Virus record (IMG/VR): IMGVR_UViG_3300023281_001121
Span: 6,250-70,249 of that record
Reading direction: 5' to 3' (one strand)
DNA: 64,000 nucleotides
Source of the DNA: a virus
Part shown: positions 16,803 to 27,194 of the stretch, piece after piece
How positions within the stretch are numbered: position 1 is the first letter of the stretch
Layout: every line of letters begins with the position of its first letter
The notes under the pieces: generated by a model
What the model saw: only the letters and a program-made list of their open reading frames with translations
Database searches by the model: none
What the model was told of the DNA's origin: nothing
Program-made: the position numbers and the translations under genes

Positions 16803-16996
16803 TAGATTACGCCGGGGGCACTCGGTGTCTTGTTGAAGCGGGCGAAGACCCACGCGACAACGCCGACGATGCCCAGCTGGACTTGCGGGTCCAGTAGGAA
16901 CGCTAACGCCGGAACGTACCCAACGATTAGGGTTGCCACGTATCCGACCACACCACCTATCACGGTGGCACTTGAAGTTCGAAGTCCTGTTTCCAC
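16802..16996 (-). CDS. putative holin (64 aa, two TM)
   Basis: VIGGVVGYVATLIVGYV and VQLGIVGVVAWVFARF; close to the endolysin. Confidence 0.6.
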   Translation of the reverse strand: METGLRTSSATVIGGVVGYVATLIVGYVPALAFLLDPQVQLGIVGVVAWVFARFNKTPSAPGVI

Positions 16997-17005
16997 GGTT
17001 TTCTC

Positions 17006-17344
17006 CTATTGACGAGTGACGGTTACTTTCCAGGTCATGCTTGGTGTCGTGCCGCCGACCACCCATGCGGTCGAGATGTTTCGCGGGCAATTCGGGATCG
17101 TGATCACTTCCAGTGCAGCGACGGATTGCTGCGCGAAGCTCGCCAGAACATGGCGCTTGCCGTCGATGATGCCGATGATGTCAACGTCCAAAGTCATCGC
17201 GCCACCGCCAGCGGTGACATCGAGATAGGCGCGAACGTCCGGATGCTCTGACGGGTATCGCTTGCTGATTGTTTCGAGATCAGGTCCGTCGCCACTGCCC
17301 GTGCCTTGCGGTCCTCGTTCGTCTAATACGCGTTCCTGATACAT
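17006..17344 (-). CDS. small beta-sandwich protein, probably virion-associated
   Basis: ATG at 17344 (TGATG overlap, AAAGGAG SD); RAYLDVTAGGG.MTLDV...VVGGTTPSMTWKV. Confidence 0.6.
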   Translation of the reverse strand: MYQERVLDERGPQGTGSGDGPDLETISKRYPSEHPDVRAYLDVTAGGGAMTLDVDIIGIIDGKRHVLASFAQQSVAALEVITIPNCPRNISTAWVVGGTTPSMTWKVTVTRQ

Positions 17345-17802
17345 CAGTCTCTCCTTTGAAGGTTCCGCCACCAATCTTTGACATCGAAATTGGGGCAGGT
17401 TTTCGACTTGGTGAAATCGTTGTGCCCGTAGACTCCGCAACCGGGATATTTCTGATCGAGGCCACGCACTATAAGCTCCAGAGTAGCCCACTGCTTGTCG
17501 GTGTAGTCGTTAACCGCCTTTCCTGTGGACTTGTGCATACCACCTACAAGGCAGATGCCGATGCTATTCGTATTTTTGCCGCGAATGTGCGCGCCTTGCT
17601 GCTCGACCGGTCTGCCAAGCTCTAGAGTTCCGTCGCGCTTAATAACGTAGTGGTAACCAATATCTCGCCATCCACGACCGCCCTCTGATTTCGGGTCAGT
17701 GTGCCATCGTCTAATTGTCTTCGCGCCGATAGTCGGATGCTGGCGCGGGTCACGCGGTTTCGTGAACGAACAATGGATCGCGATTAGGTTAATCAACCTC
17801 AT
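17344..17802 (-). CDS. endolysin, N-acetylmuramoyl-L-alanine amidase (Amidase_2, T7 lysozyme-like)
   Basis: IAIHCS, IRRWH, GWRDIGYHYVI, GAH, NSIGICLVGG, GHNDF..KTCPNFDV. Confidence 0.93.
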   Translation of the reverse strand: MRLINLIAIHCSFTKPRDPRQHPTIGAKTIRRWHTDPKSEGGRGWRDIGYHYVIKRDGTLELGRPVEQQGAHIRGKNTNSIGICLVGGMHKSTGKAVNDYTDKQWATLELIVRGLDQKYPGCGVYGHNDFTKSKTCPNFDVKDWWRNLQRRD

Positions 17803-18128
17803 CCGGCGAGTCTCTCGATCGATTCGGTGATCCGAATGGTGTCTTCTCGCTGTTCTTTGCGCAAGGTTTCGTGCTGCCGTGATAGTTCTTTTCGAAGCTC
17901 ACTGTGCTGCTGCGTGCCTTCCGTACGCACGACACTGACAGCCTTGAACAGCGAAGCACGGTCACTCTTGGATTCTTGCGCAAGTCCGGTAAGCGTTTCG
18001 CACTGTTTTTCCATTACCGCCAATTTGGCCTCATGGTCTCCCACAGTAGCCTGGACGCTGTTTAGCGCCTTCCAGATCACGCCGAATGGCACGATCAAAA
18101 CGGCCCAGGCGAATTGCAGATAGTCCAT
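17799..18128 (-). CDS. single-TM plus coiled-coil protein (holin/antiholin or i-spanin-like)
   Basis: MDYLQFAWAVLIVPFGVIWKAL followed by a heptad-rich region; start could be 18197. Confidence 0.55.
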   Translation of the reverse strand: MDYLQFAWAVLIVPFGVIWKALNSVQATVGDHEAKLAVMEKQCETLTGLAQESKSDRASLFKAVSVVRTEGTQQHSELRKELSRQHETLRKEQREDTIRITESIERLAG

Positions 18129-18233
18129 GCCTTTGTCCTTAAATTTCGAAAAATAGCCGTCGCGCGAAATTCGACTTTCCAAGTCTTTAAAGCTCACACG
18201 AATTCACTCCTATATGCTACAGACGTTTTCACT

Positions 18234-21200
18234 TTAGAAGAAATCGATCAGCGGTTCGACCTGTGCCGCGAGTGCGTTACGTTGCTTTGTCAAGGTATCA
18301 GTTAACGCTTGTCGACGTTGAGGAGAGAGTCTGCGATCCATCGATATGATGTTCATCTGCTTATTGACTGCGCTGATCTCGCGGGTCACTCGACGTAGAT
18401 GCGGGAGGGCAGCGAGTTTCTGGCTTTCATTCGCAGCGATACCGAACGCTGCATCACCTCGACCCTCTTCCTGATAGATCTTCAGTGTGCGGGCAAGGCC
18501 ATCAGCCTCGCTTAGCATCTCCCATATCAGTCGGTTGTACTTGGTCGTCGTTGGGATCTCGCCGCGCTTGAATCTCTCGATTACCGGCAACTCATGCAGT
18601 CTCTTCGACGTTAGCTCACCGAGCGTGCGCTCAGGTCCGTATAGGATGGACTCGGTCATCACATTGCCGACGCCCATTGCATACACACCTAGCGCACCGA
18701 AGTAACCGCGAACGAAATGCTCAAGTCGCTTAGGTGACTGCAACCAGTCCGGAGCAGCTTCAGGCATCGCGTCGCCAACCCACTTCGCGAACTCCCCCGT
18801 GCGCCAGTCGTACTGACGTTCAGGCAGAAGGTTCTCCATGCCAGCCGGGATGATCGGAGAATCGGTGAAGAAGCTTGTGTTGTAGTAGCTCTCCATCCAC
18901 GGCTTAACAAGCTGCGGGACCGGGTTGAACGCGAACGTGTCAGTCGTCGCTGCGAGCATGCGCTCTGCAAATAGATCCCACCCATCAAGACCCTTCATGG
19001 ACCGAAGCATTCTCTCTGGTATCGTCGAGAAGATGACTCCAGACTCAAATGGTTTCGGGATGCGGAAATGTTCGTCGCCGACCCAGAAATGATAGTAGGT
19101 GTCTTTGTCCCACTCGCTCACTTCGTCATACCGCTCGTCGTCGTCGTTGTACAACGCTAACGCGATCGACGCCATCATCAAGCCGCCGCCCTTGGCGAGG
19201 AAGTTCATGGGATGTTCTTTCGCGCCGCGATACAGTCGATTGAGTCCCTGCACTCTCGCATTCAGGAACGGCACGATCTGGATCATCGTCTGCGTTGCAG
19301 CCCAGTCTCCGGAGCGCGTGAAGTTGAGGAGATCCTGCGCCTGGTATGCAGCCTCCGCAGGCGACGGGATGCCCTCATTTATAGCTTGTCTGGACGCGTC
19401 CGCACCAGACATGCCGGTGGCAGTAAGCTCAGCGATCCTTCCATCCCACCGAGCTTTCAGTGTGTTGTACACGCGAACTCGATTACCGAACTCGGATGCG
19501 GTACCGACTCGACGCCACCACTTGAGCATATTCTTTGGTGACACGACGGTCTTCATGAATCCGCTGACGTCCTTGACGCCCATGTCTTTGAGCAGTCCAC
19601 GGATCTGATCAGGATGTGAGTCGTAGAACCCGCCGCCGCCTCGACCTGCATACGCAAGCGCAAGCATCGCCGGGCTGTCGTTGTACGCTTCACGCAGCGA
19701 ACTGATCGGCGCACCGAGAGACTTGATCGGGACGTCGCTCACTACGAACGTGGTCACCGTGTCACGTATCCAGTTGGCGATCATGAAGGCTGGATCGACA
19801 GTGACACCAATCGTCAGCCACTTCTTCGACGTCCTAAATAGCGACATCATCCCGCCGAACTGTTGGCCAGTCATGCCGCCGATCGAGCGCATGAGCATGC
19901 GGTCAGTCACTGCGTAGTATTGGGGCTTGCCCTTCTCCCACACGGTAACGACATCACCACCCGGAGGCTTCATCCTCGTCCAGAACGTAGCCCATCGCTC
20001 CTGCTCACTCTTCGGCCACTGGTTGTAGATCGCTTCCGCGCCAGCGGCGTCAGAAGCATTGATCATGCCAGCCTTCAGCATCAGTTCTGAGATCTGCTTG
20101 GCGTTCAGAGAGAGGATCGGGCGCGCGACCTGGTCGAGCTTGATCATCGACCTCGTTACCAGTCCGACCTTGGCGATGCGCTTCATTGCCTCGTTGCGAT
20201 AGGTGCGCTCCAACAGGTACGCCGTGTTCATAAACATGGACTCGACGACGTTACCCTCTAGTCGCAGCGCGTCACCTTCACGATCAACGCCACCAGTCAG
20301 CTTAAAGATACCGCTCCCGCCGACATCAATTCGTTGACGTCCTGCTCCTGGTTCGCTGCGCCCTTCCAGCTGCATCGCCTCGCGCCAGAAAGGAACGTAT
20401 TCGTACTGCCTCCACAGCGCCGCTTCCTTCTTATCGAGTACGCCACGGTTGATCGCGAGATCGATGTTGGCCTGGTTCAAGCTATCCCACTTCGACAGGA
20501 CCTCTTCGAAGACCTGCTCGTACGTGCGTCCGTCTGGAGCGGTACGAGTTTTCGCCCAGTCCAATGTCTCCGTCACCAGCTGCTCATCGAGCAACTTCTC
20601 TCTGGCTCTAGGCGTGCCGTGAGTACCCTTGGCCTTGTCTTGTTGAATGATTCGCTGCGCTCGTCGAGCGACCATCCATTTCTCCCAGTTGCGCAGCTGA
20701 CTGGTACCACCAATAGCTGATAGCGGCTGGAAGATCTCGGTGAATCCTTGACCGTTGACTGGGTTTGAGAACTGACCGCCTTTGAATGATGGGATGCCAT
20801 GACGCATGACCGCGCCCATCACGTTGTTGAAATTTCGTAACGTGCTGTAGGCTTTGTACGCACTGGCAGAAGCGTCGAGCAGCCCGTCTGCCAGCTGTAT
20901 CTTCAGGCTCTTCGCAGCCTTCGTTTCCAGTACCTTGATCTGATTGCCCGAGTCGAGCAGTCCCTGCGTAAGCTCGTCGTACGCATTGTCATGGAATTCC
21001 TGGAGCCGCTTCTTCAGGCGGTCAACGAACGACATCTCTCGCTGAGGGATGTTCATCTTCTCTTCCCAACGACCGTCGAGATCATCGTTCATTGGGGCGC
21101 TCTCTTGCGAGAGGTACGGCACATCGAATTCTTCCGCAAGATCTTCAAGCGCGGAGCCTAGCTCCTGATCGTTGCTCGCTTTACGAACGCGGTCGAGGTT

Positions 21201-24200
21201 CTTCGACTTCAGGAACTCGCTGTACTTGTCGCTACTGCGATCGATTCCAAGCCCACCAGCCATCAGCGCACGGCGCTCCGCTCGTCTCTTGCTGGTACGG
21301 ATGAGTCCTATCACGTCGGCGTCTGTCGGTGTCACCGTGAATCCCAGCTGCCGGACGAAAATCTTGACGCGGGCGATGATCTCCTTCATGACAGCGGCCC
21401 TACCGTTCATCGTCTCGGCTAGGTACGCAACGATCTCTTCAGTGAAGATGTCTTCGCCATTCTTCTCGATCGAGTAGCCTCGACCCATCATCACTCCGAT
21501 AGCGTCGTTGATCGCATCGTTATCAGAGTTCAGGATGATCTTCTTTAGCTCAGGCAGTAGAGCCGTCTTCCACTTAGGCATCTGGCTCATCGTGAAGTGT
21601 CCGAACGTCTCATGCTGAATTGTTGCTTCGATGTCCGCAACGCTTTGCATGTTACCGGCAACGATCCAGATCTCTTTCTTGCTTGGCTGATACATCCCCT
21701 TGATGGTGGAGGCTCTGCCTCTTACGTTAGCCGGAAGATCATTCTGCGTCTCCACAACCCGAATGCGGACCAACGACGACAGGCTATTGATGACGTCAAG
21801 GATCTGGAACCGAACCTCACCGGCAGTGAAACTGCGTTGCTTGCCCTTGCGACCTCGCGGGTTCTTGACGACGCGATCGTCTGAGGTTAGGAGCGTCTGT
21901 CCTTCGGCTGGATCGGTAAGCTGTTCAGCAGCCCCCTCTGCTGCTGACGCAGGCCTGGCAGTCTCGGAGAGGCGGGGTTCGTCTGTTCCAGCCCGCTGAT
22001 CTGACGATTCAGAAACCGTGCCTGAGCCTGGTTCCCCGGCGGCAGGGGCCTGCGTGGTCTGTAGACTGGCATCGCGTTCTCCTACTTTTGCTTTCGGGGT
22101 TTGGAGTCCTTTTGCGGACTCGGCTTTGATTGCTGCCCTGATGATGGACTGGACTTCTTTGGCAGCACTATCGAGCTTCCCTCTGAGAAGATTGGATCGT
22201 CCTCTGGAACGGAGGCTCTTACGGTACGAATTGCCATTGCCTGTCTCCCATTCGCCTTCGGAGCCGTGCTTCTCCAGGCGAGTCTCAACTAGATCAACGT
22301 CGATGGTGAGATTGTGCCGGTCTGTCAGTGCAAGGAACTCACCCTCTTTGACGTCAGATATTGTACCAGCCGTATCGGTGCCAAGCGTGAGACGTTCCAT
22401 GATCATTTGTTTCATGGCTTTGACACTGCGGAACTGACCGGTCTCCTTTCCTGCCTTGGTTTTGATCTCTGTGCGCTCGACCGTGATAGCAATTCCAGGA
22501 GCCTGATCACCTAGGCGCTGCGCTCCGCGCCACCCAACAGCCAACTCTGGGAACAGTTCGGTGAACTCCTTCATGAACGCTTCGGATACGGCAGCGTCAC
22601 CTAACCCGCCTTCGCCCTGAGGATCAGAATACATGTAGATCGTGATGGAATTAGCGCCTGACTTTTGCGGCTTGGTTCGGTACACCTCGCTCTGCTGGAG
22701 CAGAAGACCGATGACGTCAGCGAGATCTGCGGCGCGTGCCTCACTCGCCAGTGTGGTTAGCTGTGCCGATGGGTTAGGACTGAAGTCGGCGTACCCACCT
22801 GGAACGTATTCAATGCTAGTGGTCTGGCTTTGAACTAGACCCTTAGCAATCGGGATGACCTTGTCGACGACCTCCTGAGTAACTCGCGTGCGCTGCTCGA
22901 CTGACAGCTTCGCCCACGCTGCAGCGAACAACTTCTCCATCGGCGAGCCAGACCCAAACTCAACCTCGAATGAGAGCAGCTGCTCGTTCTTGGTGAAGGC
23001 AGCACTCGGAGTTTCTGGGCCACGACCGGTAGTAGGCAGCGACACCGTGGTAACCATGTGAGTCCAGTCGACTGCCTGAACTTCAGCTGCTGTCCATCCA
23101 CCGCCGTCGAAGCCTTCCTTGTTCAGCTGTCTGGCAACGGCATTGTAGAACGCGACGCCTGACTGGTATGCGGGTTCACCTGGCACGCCACTCTTCTGAT
23201 CAATGACCAGTTTCGCTGCCTTCTTTCCGAACCTCTCCTGCAGATACGCCAGATAGGTGTCATCGATGAAGCCAACACCTCTTGATGCGTGGACATCTAT
23301 AACTGCTGGCTGCATCCCACGGATGTCATGCCCCATGACGGTCCTGGTCAGCGTACCGATTGCACTATCGAGGAAGTCGTGGAGCTTCAGGCCGATGCCC
23401 TTCTCAACGACGCCTCCTGAGAAGAACGTCTTCAGCTGCTCTTCGCTAAGGCCTGCCTTCGATAGGTCTGGTGCGCCGCGAGACTTCTCGTCAGCGTTCA
23501 GCAAATTACGCATCGCTCCAGATGGTGACTCGTTCTTGTTCGCCATCAGCCAGCCGACCATCAACTCGTCCGCTCTCTCTGATCCGAACTTCTGATGGAA
23601 TACCTTGCGAACGTCTCGATACCAGGTGCGAAACTCCTTGGTCGACTCAAAGTTATCGCGGATCTGTTTGACCTTGTCGCGAGGTTTCTGCTGACCGACG
23701 ACTATCGTCCCGTCTTTGTCCTTCAGCACCGTGCGTGCGTTGCCTGCCGGTAACGCTCCACCGGTCACGGCTTTTGCTAGTCGTTTAAGATGCCTCCGCA
23801 CATTACCAACCGCGTCTTTCGGTACTGGTCTCTGCACAGTTGGATTGTCACGACGGATCTCGAACGCTTCCTGATCGAAGGTCCCGCTGGGTGGCCGCGT
23901 CAACGTACCAGCATTACCTTGCTCTGCAACGAAGCCAGCTGCCTCGTAGAACTGCCGAAGCTCAGCGACCTTCATGCCCTGGTCGGCTGCGTCTTCCTTG
24001 GTCGGCGTGACAGTTAGTGTGACGTCGTTCTTGTCAGCTATCTGAGTGGTCTCGAAAAGCACGTCACCGGCTGCAGCCTGCGCTGGAGTCTCGTCACCGC
24101 GCTTGATCAACTCCTCGATCTTGACCGTGCCACGTTTCGGGCTTGAGACCTGGACGACAGCATCGCTCTTCACGACCTGCTGCGGAGCCGCCTTGTTCTG

Positions 24201-27191
24201 AACAACGCTCTTCGACAGATCCTTGGCGAAGCCGTCGACCCTCTCGTCACCAGTCTTGCGCGAGTTGGGGGAACCATCCTTCGGCGTGCTGCTGAACAGA
24301 GGCTCACTGCCAGACTGTTTCGATCGCACAGCTTCGGCAAGATTCTCGGCGATCGTCTGACGATTATCGCGAGATTTGACAGTGACGCCTAACTCGGCAG
24401 CAGTTTCCTGAAGATCCTTACGTGACTGCTTTGCCAACTCCTCAACTGGTGACTGGGCGCGAGCTATGGCAGCAGCCCGAGTTTCGCGAGCGCGCTGTCT
24501 TTCTCGTTGCTCTACGGTCGGACCTTTTTGTGCAGCCGTTTTCGGAATTTTGGCCGCGCCGATTTTTTCGGATTTGGCATCTGCGGGCCGCTGTGCATTC
24601 ACTTTTGTGAGCAGATTCGATAATGCTTTCGACGCACCGCGAGCGGCTTTGTCGTTCTGCTCGATTGCCTGCGCGTCCTCAGCATTAGACGCCTCGTTAA
24701 TTGCATCCACTGCAGCATCGAAGTCGGTAACGACTAGATGTCCGTCCTCGATCGTCAGCCCATCGACCTGGACACCTCCGTCTGTGCGAACCTCAAGCGC
24801 GCTGGCCTGCGCTGTCGTTAGCTTGACCCGAACGGCTTCGGCTTCGGAGACTTGGTTGTCTACTAGCCTCTGAAGCTGGGCTGCTTTGTTACCGCTGACA
24901 GGCAGATCATTGTTCTGCAGCACGGTGCGCAGTTCGTCCGAAGTGACTACATCTATGCGGACGTCTTCTACAGTCAGGGTACGAGAAGGATCTTTGAATG
25001 CGGCGTCGAGTTGACGGTCATCAAGTATCTCTACCTTCGGACTCGCCCCGGTGGTCTCGGTAACGGGTTGCGCTGCTGCGGCGACTGGTTGCTCCGCTGG
25101 TTCGCCTTCAACTCCCCGTGGCTGTTCTTGCCTATCGGGTTCCGCGCTCCGCTCTGCACGTCCGTCCGGCTGTTGAACATCCTCGCTGCCTTCCCCGCTG
25201 ACGCCTTCGGGCTTAGCCCTTGGCTTCGAAACTTTTTCTTGAGGCTGTTGAACTGTTTCGGCACTGGGAGTCTCCTTGGCAGCAGCAGCTGCCTGCGTTC
25301 CGATGTCTTCCTCTTGGACGGTGGTCTCATCCACCTCTTCGGCCTGGGCCTGTGCCGTACCGATGGCTTCGTCTGTCGTGACGTTGACCGCCTGACCAGC
25401 AGGTCCAGCTGGCGGCGCGACGTCTGGCTTCTCACCAGGCTCACCTTCCTGAGTTGAAGCTGCAGCCTCTTCGGCATCACCGAGAGGTCGATCGCCCGGT
25501 CGGCCCGTGACGAAGTTCGCGCCTGCGCCTGGTACTAACATGCCAACGATCGTGGCTGGCAGTAGCACGTTGGTTTCGTCTTTGAATTTCTGGAACGCCT
25601 GCTCTACGGTGATCGTTTCCTGGCCGAGCATTATCATCGCTTCAGCCGGACCCTCAAGGTACTCAGTGAGACCCTCGACCAGCCCGCCCAGCAGGCGAAG
25701 GCCAGCACCAGCAGCGAGCGAGTGTGGTGTCTTAATTGGAGCCAACAGAGCAGCTGCACCTGCCGAGTTTAAGATACCGCTGGCTGCGGTCATCATCAGG
25801 AACGCATTGTTGGCGGTAGACTGCGCGACGTCTTCCGGTACGCCTTGCTCGCGCAAGATGTTCAGCGTTTCGCGATAGGTCTGCGACCCTTCCAACATAC
25901 CGCCAGCGATGCCGCCGACTGCTGTTGCTGTACCGATCGCTGCTCTACCGATGCGAGCCATCTTCGCCTGCACCAGAGGATCTGCCATGTCAATCTGACG
26001 CCCGCCGACCCTCAGGAACCTGCCTGGCTGAGCTTGCCGTCGCACTCTACGCGGGAGTGCTTGACGCTGCGCTGCAGTCAGAGCGCCTTTCTTCAGCACC
26101 TCTGTCTCTGCCGCTCCACCGACTGTGCCTGCTACTCCTGCTCTCCTCGCAAGCTGAGACATGGCGAGCTTGCGGACTGCAGCGCGAGTGAGACCAATGG
26201 GGGTGAGGGTAGCGAACAGCGATGGAATGATCTGCCCTATCTGGTACGTCAGAAAGTCACCGTCTAGCAGAAGCTCAGGGTTCTCAAACACGTTGCCATC
26301 TGGGATGACTGCGCGCTCCGCGAACCCCTGGATGCGTGGCTGAAAGAACTCCTCGATACTCGTTCCCATGTTGGCAACAGCATCGATGCCTGTGATATTG
26401 CCCAGGTAGTTCAGGATCGTACCGGTGGACTCAGCCAAGCCAAGCCCACCTACTGATAGACCTCTGCCAAGGTTCGCGAACAGACCGCCGCCCTCGCCCT
26501 GAGCTACGCGCTGAGCGCGCTGAGCGACAGCCTCTGGTGGCTCGTCAGGGGTGGGGTCAGCCCTGAGCCTGATGTCCTGCGTTGTAACCGGGGGCACAGA
26601 CTCTGGATCTGGGGTCACAGCAGGCGTCGACTGAGCCATCATCTGGCGCTGAGCTTGCTGAGCTTGCCGTGTAAGGTTGCGGGCTTCTCTCAGGTTGGCC
26701 CCACCAGACGGCGGGAGAGGCTGCTCAGGAGGCGTGCCAGGTGGGCGGGGCAAGTCCGCACCACCACGGTCGATCGCTTGAGCTACAGCACGCTGGGCTG
26801 GTCCCTGCACGGTTGGCGGGGCAGGTAAGTCTGCCGGTGTGCTGGGGTCAGCCATCTGAGCCAGGCTCACCCGAGCAGGAGGCTCTTCCAGAGTGGCGTT
26901 GAAAGCCTCTCTGAACCGGCGAGTATGCGTCGGCAGATCGTCGGTGATCTCAGCGGGCTTGATCTCGGTGGGCTGGCGGGTACCTTCCTGGAAGCCACGG
27001 ATGGCGTCGACCATCTCACGTCCACTCTCAGGACTGATCGCACCAGACCCCATGCCAGCCTCTAGATTTCTGACGTTGCGCGCCCTGAGATCTAGGCTGT
27101 TGGCGTCCTCAAGAATCCTCGATGGATCAAGAGGATTCCTGGGCCTGGCTCCCTGAGCGACAGGCGGTGGGCGTGGTAGATCGATTGCCAT
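18234..27191 (-). CDS. giant (2985 aa) polyvalent internal virion / ejection protein with C-terminal LPD38-like domain
   Basis: QIVPFLNARVQGL..DKDTYYHF..RIPKPFESG (LPD38-like); HETFGH zincin; SAP-like, HeH-like, GNAT-like and HhH-like segments. Confidence 0.8.
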   Translation of the reverse strand: MAIDLPRPPPVAQGARPRNPLDPSRILEDANSLDLRARNVRNLEAGMGSGAISPESGREMVDAIRGFQEGTRQPTEIKPAEITDDLPTHTRRFREAFNATLEEPPARVSLAQMADPSTPADLPAPPTVQGPAQRAVAQAIDRGGADLPRPPGTPPEQPLPPSGGANLREARNLTRQAQQAQRQMMAQSTPAVTPDPESVPPVTTQDIRLRADPTPDEPPEAVAQRAQRVAQGEGGGLFANLGRGLSVGGLGLAESTGTILNYLGNITGIDAVANMGTSIEEFFQPRIQGFAERAVIPDGNVFENPELLLDGDFLTYQIGQIIPSLFATLTPIGLTRAAVRKLAMSQLARRAGVAGTVGGAAETEVLKKGALTAAQRQALPRRVRRQAQPGRFLRVGGRQIDMADPLVQAKMARIGRAAIGTATAVGGIAGGMLEGSQTYRETLNILREQGVPEDVAQSTANNAFLMMTAASGILNSAGAAALLAPIKTPHSLAAGAGLRLLGGLVEGLTEYLEGPAEAMIMLGQETITVEQAFQKFKDETNVLLPATIVGMLVPGAGANFVTGRPGDRPLGDAEEAAASTQEGEPGEKPDVAPPAGPAGQAVNVTTDEAIGTAQAQAEEVDETTVQEEDIGTQAAAAAKETPSAETVQQPQEKVSKPRAKPEGVSGEGSEDVQQPDGRAERSAEPDRQEQPRGVEGEPAEQPVAAAAQPVTETTGASPKVEILDDRQLDAAFKDPSRTLTVEDVRIDVVTSDELRTVLQNNDLPVSGNKAAQLQRLVDNQVSEAEAVRVKLTTAQASALEVRTDGGVQVDGLTIEDGHLVVTDFDAAVDAINEASNAEDAQAIEQNDKAARGASKALSNLLTKVNAQRPADAKSEKIGAAKIPKTAAQKGPTVEQRERQRARETRAAAIARAQSPVEELAKQSRKDLQETAAELGVTVKSRDNRQTIAENLAEAVRSKQSGSEPLFSSTPKDGSPNSRKTGDERVDGFAKDLSKSVVQNKAAPQQVVKSDAVVQVSSPKRGTVKIEELIKRGDETPAQAAAGDVLFETTQIADKNDVTLTVTPTKEDAADQGMKVAELRQFYEAAGFVAEQGNAGTLTRPPSGTFDQEAFEIRRDNPTVQRPVPKDAVGNVRRHLKRLAKAVTGGALPAGNARTVLKDKDGTIVVGQQKPRDKVKQIRDNFESTKEFRTWYRDVRKVFHQKFGSERADELMVGWLMANKNESPSGAMRNLLNADEKSRGAPDLSKAGLSEEQLKTFFSGGVVEKGIGLKLHDFLDSAIGTLTRTVMGHDIRGMQPAVIDVHASRGVGFIDDTYLAYLQERFGKKAAKLVIDQKSGVPGEPAYQSGVAFYNAVARQLNKEGFDGGGWTAAEVQAVDWTHMVTTVSLPTTGRGPETPSAAFTKNEQLLSFEVEFGSGSPMEKLFAAAWAKLSVEQRTRVTQEVVDKVIPIAKGLVQSQTTSIEYVPGGYADFSPNPSAQLTTLASEARAADLADVIGLLLQQSEVYRTKPQKSGANSITIYMYSDPQGEGGLGDAAVSEAFMKEFTELFPELAVGWRGAQRLGDQAPGIAITVERTEIKTKAGKETGQFRSVKAMKQMIMERLTLGTDTAGTISDVKEGEFLALTDRHNLTIDVDLVETRLEKHGSEGEWETGNGNSYRKSLRSRGRSNLLRGKLDSAAKEVQSIIRAAIKAESAKGLQTPKAKVGERDASLQTTQAPAAGEPGSGTVSESSDQRAGTDEPRLSETARPASAAEGAAEQLTDPAEGQTLLTSDDRVVKNPRGRKGKQRSFTAGEVRFQILDVINSLSSLVRIRVVETQNDLPANVRGRASTIKGMYQPSKKEIWIVAGNMQSVADIEATIQHETFGHFTMSQMPKWKTALLPELKKIILNSDNDAINDAIGVMMGRGYSIEKNGEDIFTEEIVAYLAETMNGRAAVMKEIIARVKIFVRQLGFTVTPTDADVIGLIRTSKRRAERRALMAGGLGIDRSSDKYSEFLKSKNLDRVRKASNDQELGSALEDLAEEFDVPYLSQESAPMNDDLDGRWEEKMNIPQREMSFVDRLKKRLQEFHDNAYDELTQGLLDSGNQIKVLETKAAKSLKIQLADGLLDASASAYKAYSTLRNFNNVMGAVMRHGIPSFKGGQFSNPVNGQGFTEIFQPLSAIGGTSQLRNWEKWMVARRAQRIIQQDKAKGTHGTPRAREKLLDEQLVTETLDWAKTRTAPDGRTYEQVFEEVLSKWDSLNQANIDLAINRGVLDKKEAALWRQYEYVPFWREAMQLEGRSEPGAGRQRIDVGGSGIFKLTGGVDREGDALRLEGNVVESMFMNTAYLLERTYRNEAMKRIAKVGLVTRSMIKLDQVARPILSLNAKQISELMLKAGMINASDAAGAEAIYNQWPKSEQERWATFWTRMKPPGGDVVTVWEKGKPQYYAVTDRMLMRSIGGMTGQQFGGMMSLFRTSKKWLTIGVTVDPAFMIANWIRDTVTTFVVSDVPIKSLGAPISSLREAYNDSPAMLALAYAGRGGGGFYDSHPDQIRGLLKDMGVKDVSGFMKTVVSPKNMLKWWRRVGTASEFGNRVRVYNTLKARWDGRIAELTATGMSGADASRQAINEGIPSPAEAAYQAQDLLNFTRSGDWAATQTMIQIVPFLNARVQGLNRLYRGAKEHPMNFLAKGGGLMMASIALALYNDDDERYDEVSEWDKDTYYHFWVGDEHFRIPKPFESGVIFSTIPERMLRSMKGLDGWDLFAERMLAATTDTFAFNPVPQLVKPWMESYYNTSFFTDSPIIPAGMENLLPERQYDWRTGEFAKWVGDAMPEAAPDWLQSPKRLEHFVRGYFGALGVYAMGVGNVMTESILYGPERTLGELTSKRLHELPVIERFKRGEIPTTTKYNRLIWEMLSEADGLARTLKIYQEEGRGDAAFGIAANESQKLAALPHLRRVTREISAVNKQMNIISMDRRLSPQRRQALTDTLTKQRNALAAQVEPLIDFF

Positions 27192-27194
27192 GCA

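Noticed and set aside
16803-17090. N-terminal ~96 aa of the track's 197-aa ORF 16497-17090
   Set aside because: Overlaps two better-supported genes; the GTG at 16802 coupled to the holin stop is the more plausible start.
18234-27191. Giant ORF as an N4-like virion RNA polymerase or DarB-like helicase/methylase
   Set aside because: No recognisable polymerase, SNF2 helicase or N6-MTase (NPPY/DPPY) motifs; the C-terminus fits LPD38-type polyvalent proteins.
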